Assembly (NCBI GenBank): GCA_030612885.1
Contig: JAUWMZ010000003.1
Coordinates: forward strand, 69,578-133,577
DNA: 64,000 nucleotides
Direction: 5' to 3'
Source: Candidatus Nealsonbacteria bacterium
GTDB lineage: Bacteria; Patescibacteriota; Minisyncoccia; Minisyncoccales; JAGMDC01
Of the stretch, positions 32,989 to 40,353 are shown piece after piece. The position numbers and the translations under genes are program-made. The notes under the pieces were generated by a model that was not told the DNA's origin, searched no databases, and worked only from the letters and a program-made list of their open reading frames with translations. Positions within the stretch are counted from its first letter, which is position 1. Each line of letters starts with the position of its first letter.

Positions 32989-33051
32989 TGCTCGAGGAGG
33001 AAATCCTCCACTTCTACCTGGTTGAGCAGCGTGCGCTTACACCGTCGAGCA
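32989..33051. repeat. GC-rich 63-nt structured element in an AT-rich gap
   Basis: Outer stem TGCTCGA / TCGAGCA encloses GGAGGAaaTCCTCC and a GC-rich segment (gagcagcgtgcgcttacacc). It is too short and irregular to be a tRNA. Confidence 0.5.
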
Positions 33052-33091
33052 TTATTAAAGATAGCAATTTGCGTTATTTTTGTCAAGAAAA

Positions 33092-33703
33092 TTATCCTAA
33101 TTTGAAATTTACGACTAAATAGCCGACACCAAAGGGGTATTCGTAGGATAGAATCTCTGGCTGCCAGTCAATACCTGAAGCGTCTAAAATTCCTAAAAGA
33201 AAAGAAAAAGAACGCAGACCGCATTCGCCGGCTTCAGGAAAATATTCGTCTAATTTCAAAAAGTTTTTAATATCCTTTTTCTTTAGATATTCAATCAATG
33301 CCTTGTCAAATTTCGGACCGTCAGGATGAAGACCATAAGGACCGTCTTCTTTTAAGCAGTGAGACATATCACCAGAAGCGATCAAGGCATATCTCTTTTC
33401 TTTTTCCAATTTATTAGAAAACTTTTTTCCCCGCTGAAAATAAAAATCCGGGCTTTTATCAGGAATAAGTAATTGCCGGTTTGGAATACGTTGTTCAGGA
33501 TCCAAAAAATAAAGTGGAACATTAAAACCCCAATCAGGATGAGGAGAAGAAATAATAATATTGTCAGGATTAGATTCCTTTAATTTCTTTCCTAAAAATT
33601 CCAAATTTTCAATTGTTTTTTTAACTTTCTCTCTATCCTCTGAAGAGCCAACTTCAGGCAAAAGCAAGGGAGGATGAGGAGAGAAGCAAGCGAAAGAAAT
33701 CAT
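33092..33703 (-). CDS. Class III extradiol dioxygenase subunit B-like (LigB/Memo-fold) protein
   Basis: MISFACFSPHPPLLLPEVGS...IIISSPHPDW...ASGDMSHCL shows the His-rich pattern of the LigB/Memo superfamily. It sits between the AMMECR1 and radical-SAM genes. Confidence 0.6.
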   Translation of the reverse strand: MISFACFSPHPPLLLPEVGSSEDREKVKKTIENLEFLGKKLKESNPDNIIISSPHPDWGFNVPLYFLDPEQRIPNRQLLIPDKSPDFYFQRGKKFSNKLEKEKRYALIASGDMSHCLKEDGPYGLHPDGPKFDKALIEYLKKKDIKNFLKLDEYFPEAGECGLRSFSFLLGILDASGIDWQPEILSYEYPFGVGYLVVNFKLG

Positions 33704-33704
33704 T

Positions 33705-34739
33705 TTAACATATTAACATTTTAACATTTTGTATGATATCAATTTTTTCATTACATTTTGGGCATTTGCCGTTTTTGTCAAAACGTTTGATAGTGTAGCC
33801 GAGCCGCTCAATTGCTAAGGTCCCGCATTTTGGGCAATAAGTGTTTTCGCTTTCTAATCCAGGCACATTGCCAGTATAAACATATTTTAAGCCGGCTTTT
33901 TTACCAATTTCATAAGCCATTTTTAAGGTCTTGACCGGTGTATCAGGCAAGTGCTGTAATTTCCAGGAAATTGCTCCGGAAAATTGAGAAATATGCCAGG
34001 GTGTTTCAGCTCCTAAGTCCTGCTTAATAAAATTAGCAATATTTTCAAACATTTTTTTAGAATCAGTTAAACCAGGAATGGCTAAGGTGGTTACTTCCAG
34101 CCAAATTTTCGCTTTTTTTATTCGTTTTAAAGTATCTAAAACCGGTTGGACACGGCCGCCGCAGTATTTTCTGTAAAATGCGTCATCAAAACTTTTTAAG
34201 TCAATATTAGCAGCATCTAAATAGGGTGAGATTAAGTCAAAAAGTTCTTTTGACCAAAAACCATTGCTAACCCAGACATTTTTTATGCCTTGTTTTTTGG
34301 CTAATTTCATTGTATCTAAAGCGTATTCAGAAAAAATAGTAGGTGAAGTATAGGTATAAGCAATAGAGGGTAAATTATTCTCTTTGGCAATTTTAACAAT
34401 TTCTTCTGGAGGTAAATCTTCTCCTTCAATTTTTCCGGTTAGTTGGGGCACTTGAGAAATATCATAGTTTTGGCAATTTGCGCATCTAAAATTACAGCCA
34501 ACTGTGGCAATAGATAGGGATTGAGTGCCGGGCAGAAAATGAAAAAATGGCTTTTTCTCAATAGGGTCAATATTACAGGCAATTGCTTTTCCATAATTTA
34601 GAGCATAAAGTTTTCCATCAATATTTTCTCGGACCCCGCAAATTCCTCTTTTCCCTTGTTCAATAACACAATGATGAGCGCAATTCTGGCACTGAACTTT
34701 TTTTTCCGCAAGTTTTTTGTATAATATGGCTTCTTTCAC
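33705..34739 (-). CDS. AmmeMemoRadiSam-system radical SAM enzyme (PflA-like activase family)
   Basis: N-terminal Cys cluster CQNCAHHCVI...GICGVREN and radical-SAM CNFRCANCQN. C-terminal Zn ribbon CPKCG...CPKC. Confidence 0.85.
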   Translation of the reverse strand: MKEAILYKKLAEKKVQCQNCAHHCVIEQGKRGICGVRENIDGKLYALNYGKAIACNIDPIEKKPFFHFLPGTQSLSIATVGCNFRCANCQNYDISQVPQLTGKIEGEDLPPEEIVKIAKENNLPSIAYTYTSPTIFSEYALDTMKLAKKQGIKNVWVSNGFWSKELFDLISPYLDAANIDLKSFDDAFYRKYCGGRVQPVLDTLKRIKKAKIWLEVTTLAIPGLTDSKKMFENIANFIKQDLGAETPWHISQFSGAISWKLQHLPDTPVKTLKMAYEIGKKAGLKYVYTGNVPGLESENTYCPKCGTLAIERLGYTIKRFDKNGKCPKCNEKIDIIQNVKMLIC

Positions 34740-34744
34740 TATTT

Positions 34745-35104
34745 TTATCTTATCATTATCTTAAAGAATAAAAAAGAGGGGCGGAGATACCCCTTTTGAA
34801 TAAACTTTGTTTTTTTCTCTCTTTTTTCTGCTTTTTCTAATAATGACTTTTCTGCTTTTATCCTCTTTTCTTCAGTAATTATCAGATTATTGGGTCTTTG
34901 ATGATTATTAGCTCTCTGCAAAATCCTATTATAGACATGTTCCAATTCTTTTTTTGTTTTGATTTCTTTAGTTTTTTCTTCGGACAAAAAATGAGCAAAA
35001 TGCTCACTTCTTAATATGCGCCGAAGAACTTCCGCATTTTGTTCTGACGTAAACCCAGAGTAATAAAATTCTTCAAAACTCAAACTCAAAGATTCTTCAG
35101 CCAT
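34745..35104 (-). CDS. Hypothetical charged protein (119 aa)
   Basis: ORF with upstream TTGACA-N17-TAATAT on the minus strand (about 35165-35193). Its C-terminus is read through the hairpin AGGGGtatctccgCCCCT. Confidence 0.4.
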   Translation of the reverse strand: MAEESLSLSFEEFYYSGFTSEQNAEVLRRILRSEHFAHFLSEEKTKEIKTKKELEHVYNRILQRANNHQRPNNLIITEEKRIKAEKSLLEKAEKREKKTKFIQKGYLRPSFLFFKIMIR

Positions 35105-35270
35105 ATCTTTCTTGCCTCCTTTTTTTACTTTTTCTTTCCGCCTTTTATAAAAAGAACTATATTAAAATATTACAACAAAAAAATAATTTTGTCAAAAAAA
35201 ATAGAGGAAATTAATCCTCATTTTTGTTTTTTGTCCAGAATTATAAAAGAAATATATCTATGTTCAACTC

Positions 35271-36164
35271 CTACAATTCTCTACACCTATTCCTAATTGT
35301 AACCTCGGTCACACCAGTAATCTTAGATATTTCTCTTTGTTTTCGCCATACACCGCCTGCTATCGCAGCGATATAAATAGCTGCAGCCGCTATTCCTATC
35401 GGTCCTCGCCCGTTGGTTAGTTCCGCTTCTTCTGCTTTTATTGTAATCTCTATTGCTTTTTGTCTTATACTATCATTTAATCCAAGTTCAGAACAGAAAC
35501 GCGGTATGTAATCAACAGGAGAGGCAGGTGAAACTTTCAAATCAAGGTCTCTGATTAGAAATTTTCTAGCTCTACTTATTTCTTTTTCTCCAACTCTTGA
35601 TACGTCTCTCATTTCTTCCAGTGTTCGTGATACGCCATATTGTCTGCAGGTAATATACAATAGCGCGGTAGTTATACCCTCTATGCTACGCCCGCGGATT
35701 AGCCGCTTATCCATTGCTTCGCGGTATAATATAGACGCTGCCTCCCTGATATTCACAGGCAGTTTAAGCGCGGATGCCATCCGATCAATCTCGGAGAGCG
35801 CGAAGATGAAACTCCTTTCGGTTGTGCTTACAATGTGAGTCCGCCGTTGCCATTTCTGTAATTTATATTCTCCCGAACTCCGACCTGAACCTGACGAGAT
35901 AACTGTACTCAAACCTTTGTCGTGTATTCGATAAGTCATTGGTGCACCCGTCCTCGCTTTAGCGGCCGCTTGCCCAGGGTCAAAAGCGCGCCATTCAGGA
36001 CCAAGGTCAACAATTTTCTCATCTATTACCATACCGCAATCAGCGCAGTAAATTTCCGCTTTACCATAATCACATATCAAACATTTAGAGCCGCATTCTG
36101 GACATTTTGTTATTTCTTCAGTTTTTAATGGACAATTATTTTCTTTTTCTTTCATTTTTCCCAT
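35271..36164 (-). CDS. tfb: Archaeal-type transcription initiation factor B (TFB/TFIIB homologue), full length
   Basis: Zn ribbon CPECGS-x15-CADCG, B-reader/linker DLGPEWRAFD, two cyclin-like repeats (ALKLPVNIREAASILYREA...IRGRSIEGITTALLYITCRQ and ELGLNDSIRQKAIEITIKA...GRGPIGIAAAAIYIAA) and a C-terminal HTH ISKITGVTEVTIRNRCREL. The gene is markedly more G+C-rich than its flanks. Confidence 0.9.
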   Translation of the reverse strand: MGKMKEKENNCPLKTEEITKCPECGSKCLICDYGKAEIYCADCGMVIDEKIVDLGPEWRAFDPGQAAAKARTGAPMTYRIHDKGLSTVISSGSGRSSGEYKLQKWQRRTHIVSTTERSFIFALSEIDRMASALKLPVNIREAASILYREAMDKRLIRGRSIEGITTALLYITCRQYGVSRTLEEMRDVSRVGEKEISRARKFLIRDLDLKVSPASPVDYIPRFCSELGLNDSIRQKAIEITIKAEEAELTNGRGPIGIAAAAIYIAAIAGGVWRKQREISKITGVTEVTIRNRCREL

Positions 36165-36205
36165 TTCCAGTTTTTAAATAACTGTTGATTTATCTAACCA
36201 GTTTA

Positions 36206-36234
36206 TTGATAAAAAGTCAATGTTTTGCTATGCT
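36206..36234 (+). promoter_or_regulatory. Promoter TTGATA-N17-TATGCT for thpR (leaderless arrangement)
   Basis: The -10 ends 6 nt before the ATG at 36241. Confidence 0.5.
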
Positions 36235-36240
36235 AAACTA

Positions 36241-36804
36241 ATGATGAAAAGGATTTTTATTGCTGTAAATCTGCCTGAAAGAATAAAAGAAGAACTTCTA
36301 CTTTATCATGAAAAATGGCCAGATTTACCTATTAAATGGGTAAAGCCGGATAATCTTCATATTACTCTAATTTTTCTTGGCAATATCAACGACCAGGAGA
36401 TTTTAGAGATTGATAGGGCTGTTAAAGAAATTACTGCGCGATATCAATCCTTTTCAATAAATTTGAATAGAATTTGCTACGCTCCTCCTAAAAAAATACC
36501 ACCGCGAATGGTCTGGGCAGAAGGACAAAAAGTAGAAAAATTAGCTAATCTAAAACAGGATTTAGAAAAATCTTTAATTAATTCTGGGATTAACTTCTCT
36601 TTGGAAAACAGGGATTTTAGGCCGCATATTACTTTAGGTAGAATTAAAGCTTGGGAATGGAAAAAAATAGAACCAGAAGAAAGACCGGAAATAAATGAAG
36701 ATATTTCCTTATCTTTTAATGTAAATTCAATTGAAGTAATGGAAAGCGAATTAAAACGTGCAGGTCCTAAATATACTGTATTAGAATCAATATCATTAAA
36801 ATGA
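36241..36804 (+). CDS. thpR: RNA 2',3'-cyclic phosphodiesterase (2H family, ThpR/LigT)
   Basis: Two HxT motifs: LHITLIFLG and PHITLGRI. The start at 36241 (MMKRIFIAVNLPE) is preferred over 36220, which lies inside the promoter. Confidence 0.88.
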   Translation: MMKRIFIAVNLPERIKEELLLYHEKWPDLPIKWVKPDNLHITLIFLGNINDQEILEIDRAVKEITARYQSFSINLNRICYAPPKKIPPRMVWAEGQKVEKLANLKQDLEKSLINSGINFSLENRDFRPHITLGRIKAWEWKKIEPEERPEINEDISLSFNVNSIEVMESELKRAGPKYTVLESISLK

Positions 36805-38162
36805 AAATTCACTTTATCGGAATTGGCGGGATTGGCGTTTCTGCTTTAGCTCAATATTATTTAGCAAAAGGCGAGCAAGTTTCTGGCTCTGATTTAGCAT
36901 CTTCTGAAATCACAGAATTACTTAAAAGAAAGGGTGCTAAAATTATTATAGACCAAAACGCAAAAAATATAACCAAAAATATAGATTTAGTAATTTATAG
37001 TCCGGCAGTCAAAGAAGATAATCCGGAATTAAAAGAAGCGAAAAATTTAGGTATTAAATGTTTGTCTTATCCAGAGGTATTAGGAGAATTGACAAAAAAA
37101 TACTTTACTATTGCCATAACCGGCACTCATGGTAAAAGCACAACCACAGCAATGGTTGCTCTGCTCTTAATAAAAGCCGGTTTTGACCCGACAGTAATTG
37201 TCGGAACAAAATTAAAAGAATTCAATAATTCAAACTTCAGAATGGGCAAAAGCAAATACTTAATTATTGAGGCCTGCGAGCATGAAGAATCATTTTTAAA
37301 TTATTGGCCTAAGGCTGCTGTTATTACTAATATTGAGAAAGACCATCTTGATTATTATAAAAATTTGAATAATATTTTGAAAGCATTTAAAAAGTTTATT
37401 TCGCATTTGCCAAAAAATGGAGTGTTGATAACTAACAAAGATGACAAAAATATTGCTCAAATTTTAATATCCAAGGCCAAAAAATACACAGGTCAGACCT
37501 GTGTATTTTCGTTAAATCAAAAGAGAGAGGCAGAGAAATTAAGAAAGATTCTAAGAATTCCTGGAGAGCATAATATTTATAATGCTTTGGCAGCATTAAC
37601 AGTAGCCAGGGTCTTGAAAATTCCAGATAAGATTAGTTTTAAGGCATTATCAGAATACAAAGGCGTTTGGCGTCGTTTTGAAATAAAAAAGTCAATAGTT
37701 AATGGTCAACAGTTAATAGTAATTTCGGATTATGCTCATCATCCAACAGAAGTAAAAGCAACATTAAAAGCTAGTAGAGAAAAATTTGCGAGGCAAAAAA
37801 TCTGGTGTGTTTTTCAGCCGCATCAATATCAAAGAACATATTATTTATTTAATGATTTCGTCAAAGTTTTTAAAGAGGCATTAGACGAGAACTGGATTGA
37901 TAAGTTAATTATTACTGATATTTATGATGTGGCTGGCAGGGAAGATAAAGAGATTAAAAAGAAAGTAAGTTCTAAAAAGCTAATTAAAGAAATAAAAGAA
38001 AACTTGAAAAATTTTGCTATGGCAAGAAATGTCAAACATATTTCATCTATTAAGCAAACAGCAAATTATTTAAAGAAAAATCTGGAGGACAAAGAAATTC
38101 TAATTATAATGGGAGCAGGGGATATCTATAAATTAAGTTTTCCACAGGTAGCTATTGTTTGA
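36801..38162 (+). CDS. murC: UDP-N-acetylmuramate--L-alanine ligase
   Basis: HFIGIGGIGVSALA, ITGTHGKSTTT and the Mur ligase middle and C-terminal domains. A 4-nt overlap with thpR. Confidence 0.92.
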   Translation: MKIHFIGIGGIGVSALAQYYLAKGEQVSGSDLASSEITELLKRKGAKIIIDQNAKNITKNIDLVIYSPAVKEDNPELKEAKNLGIKCLSYPEVLGELTKKYFTIAITGTHGKSTTTAMVALLLIKAGFDPTVIVGTKLKEFNNSNFRMGKSKYLIIEACEHEESFLNYWPKAAVITNIEKDHLDYYKNLNNILKAFKKFISHLPKNGVLITNKDDKNIAQILISKAKKYTGQTCVFSLNQKREAEKLRKILRIPGEHNIYNALAALTVARVLKIPDKISFKALSEYKGVWRRFEIKKSIVNGQQLIVISDYAHHPTEVKATLKASREKFARQKIWCVFQPHQYQRTYYLFNDFVKVFKEALDENWIDKLIITDIYDVAGREDKEIKKKVSSKKLIKEIKENLKNFAMARNVKHISSIKQTANYLKKNLEDKEILIIMGAGDIYKLSFPQVAIV

Positions 38163-38267
38163 CAAGCTGGTATGGTGTTATAATAGGATAATAAAATAAT
38201 TGATTTGGGCAGATAGGGAAGCCCTTAAAAAGGTCGTCGAGTTTATTAAATAACGAGCTTAATTAAT

Positions 38268-38411
38268 ATGGAAATACTTATTTTGATAATTTTGATTCTT
38301 GTAGTAGTAGCAGCTGCCGGAGTTGTTTTAATGAAAAAAAAGAAAGGCGGAGGTTTACCTCAAAAACCTATAAGCGGTCCAGAAGGCGGTTCATCAACTC
38401 CTGAAGTGTAA
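38268..38411 (+). CDS. Small membrane protein (47 aa; below the ORF-track cutoff)
   Basis: MEILILIILILVVVAAAGVVLMKKKKGGGLPQKPISGPEGGSSTPEV*. A terminator follows. Confidence 0.45.
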   Translation: MEILILIILILVVVAAAGVVLMKKKKGGGLPQKPISGPEGGSSTPEV

Positions 38412-38431
38412 ATTTTAGTCAGAACTCTCTT

Positions 38432-38464
38432 AAAGCCCTGCTTGAAAGGCAGGGCTTTAATTTT
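38432..38464 (+). terminator. Rho-independent terminator
   Basis: AAAGCCCTGC-ttgaaag-GCAGGGCTTT followed by AATTTT. Confidence 0.7.
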
Positions 38465-38506
38465 AATAATAAATCTGATATAGTAAAAAATGTTTAAGTG
38501 GAAAAG

Positions 38507-38529
38507 CTGTTGATGTCAAACATCAACAG
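38507..38529. promoter_or_regulatory. Palindrome CTGTTGATG-tcaaa-CATCAACAG, 8 nt upstream of the ABC exporter ATG
   Basis: 9-bp perfect stem. A related GATGTCAGACATC-centred palindrome lies at 43872-43898. Confidence 0.4.
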
Positions 38530-38537
38530 TCCATAAT

Positions 38538-40271
38538 ATGGAAATTATACAGGAATTCAAAATTATTTGGGGATATTTAAGAAAATATAAAAAAACAGTT
38601 ATAAAAACTGCTGTTTTAGCTATGGTCGGCGCAACTATTACTGCCATTATTCCCTATATTTATGGACGGTTAGTAGATGCTGTTTCTATTGAAGTATTTA
38701 GTTTGGATTTTGTTTTGGCGCTTTTAGGAATTTGGGTTTTGATGAGTTTATGTTCTGCTATCTTAAAAAGAATGATTTCTGTAAGCGCGAGCTTCACATC
38801 TATTAATGTTTCTAATGATTTAATGTGTGAAAGCTCTGAGCATATTATAAATCTTCCATTAAGTTTTCATAAGGAGAAAAAGGTTGGTGAAATTTTGTCT
38901 AAAATCGTTCGCGCAGGCGAACGTTTACGAGAGATTATTGGGTATATGGCTTTTTGGGTACTTCCACAATTTTTTACCGTTCTTGTAGGAATAACTATTT
39001 TATTTTTTGTGGATTGGCGCTTATCTTTTGGAGCATTAATTATTTTTCTTGCTTCTGTGGTAATTACTATTTATAGAACACCTTTAATTTTAGAATCCTC
39101 AAAAAAATTAAATGAAAAATTTGACAAAGGTTTAGGAGTTTTAAGTGACTCTTTATTGAATGTTCAAGCAATTAAATCGTGTGCAGCAGAAAAATTCCAG
39201 CAAGAGAAAATTGATTTCTCGTATAGGAAAGAAGTTGCTTTGGCTTTTAGAAAAATTATTATTCTCTGGCATAATACTACTTTATTTCAACAAACAATTC
39301 TCTCTTTAGGTTTTTTGATAATTTTTGGTTATGCAATTTTTCTTTTGAAAATTAATCAAATTTCAAGCGGTGAACTGATAATGTTTTTAGGATATTTAAA
39401 CCTTGTTCAAGCACCTTTATCCGACCTTCTTTATCAATGGATTTCTTTTCAACAAGGAATGACTATTATTAAAAGAGTGAGAGAACTTTTAGCAATAAAA
39501 CCGGAAAATTATAATCCATCAGGCGAAATATTAAAAGAGACAAAAGGAGAAGTAGAATTTAAAAATATTAGTTTTGGATATAAAAAGAAGAATTTGATTT
39601 TGACAGATATTAATTTCTCTGTTCCTGCCGGTCAGAAAATCGCTATTGTCGGCGGAAGCGGAGAAGGAAAAACAACTCTGGTTGATTTGATTTCTTTATA
39701 TTTTATTCCTACTCAAGGCAAAATTTTGGTTGACGGCGTAGATATTAAAAAATTAAATCTTTCGTTTTTAAGAAGAATTATTGCTTATGTGCCGCAAGAA
39801 ATAATTTTATTTAATGACACGATTAAAAACAATATTCAATATGGAAAACCAGACGCAACTGACCAAGAAATTATAGAAGCAGCCACAGCTGCTAATGCCC
39901 ACCCATTTATAGAGAGCTTTCCTAAAAAATATGAGCAATTAGTAGGGGAACGGGGGATAAAACTTTCTACTGGCCAGAAACAGCGGCTGGCTATTGCCCG
40001 GGCTTTGATTCGCGACCCTAAAATTTTGATTTTAGATGAAGCCACCTCCTCATTAGATACAGAGTCAGAAAGATTAGTCCAAAAAGCATTGGAAAAGTTG
40101 ATAAAAAATCGAACGACTTTTATTATTGCCCATCGCTTGAGCACTGTCCGAAATGCTGATAAAATTCTGGTTTTAGAAAAAGGAAAAATTATTGAACAGG
40201 GAACCCATAAGGAGCTTATCGCCAAAAAAGGCGCTTATCACAAGTTTTATTCGCTTCAATTTCGGAAATGA
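38538..40271 (+). CDS. ABC exporter, fused permease/ATPase (MsbA-like, type I)
   Basis: Six-TM N-terminal domain, then GGSGEGKTT, LSTGQKQRLAIARAL and ILILDEATSSLD. Confidence 0.92.
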   Translation: MEIIQEFKIIWGYLRKYKKTVIKTAVLAMVGATITAIIPYIYGRLVDAVSIEVFSLDFVLALLGIWVLMSLCSAILKRMISVSASFTSINVSNDLMCESSEHIINLPLSFHKEKKVGEILSKIVRAGERLREIIGYMAFWVLPQFFTVLVGITILFFVDWRLSFGALIIFLASVVITIYRTPLILESSKKLNEKFDKGLGVLSDSLLNVQAIKSCAAEKFQQEKIDFSYRKEVALAFRKIIILWHNTTLFQQTILSLGFLIIFGYAIFLLKINQISSGELIMFLGYLNLVQAPLSDLLYQWISFQQGMTIIKRVRELLAIKPENYNPSGEILKETKGEVEFKNISFGYKKKNLILTDINFSVPAGQKIAIVGGSGEGKTTLVDLISLYFIPTQGKILVDGVDIKKLNLSFLRRIIAYVPQEIILFNDTIKNNIQYGKPDATDQEIIEAATAANAHPFIESFPKKYEQLVGERGIKLSTGQKQRLAIARALIRDPKILILDEATSSLDTESERLVQKALEKLIKNRTTFIIAHRLSTVRNADKILVLEKGKIIEQGTHKELIAKKGAYHKFYSLQFRK

Positions 40272-40273
40272 GG

Positions 40274-40320
40274 TATAGCAAATCAGAGATTTGGTATATC
40301 AGACTAAAGTCTGTTATAAT
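40274..40320 (+). promoter_or_regulatory. Stereotyped promoter module, copy 1 (TATAGCAAATCAGAGATTTGGTATATCAGACTAAAGTCTGTTATAAT)
   Basis: TTGGTA-N18-TATAAT. Near-identical copies lie at 44337-44383 and, for the 3' 32 nt, at 47761-47792. Confidence 0.65.
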
Positions 40321-40353
40321 AAAATAAAGTTAAAAATTTAGAAAATTTATTAA

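Noticed and set aside
32989-33051. tRNA gene
   Set aside because: It is only 63 nt, has no D-arm or anticodon arm and no T-loop consensus. It is reported as a structured repeat instead.
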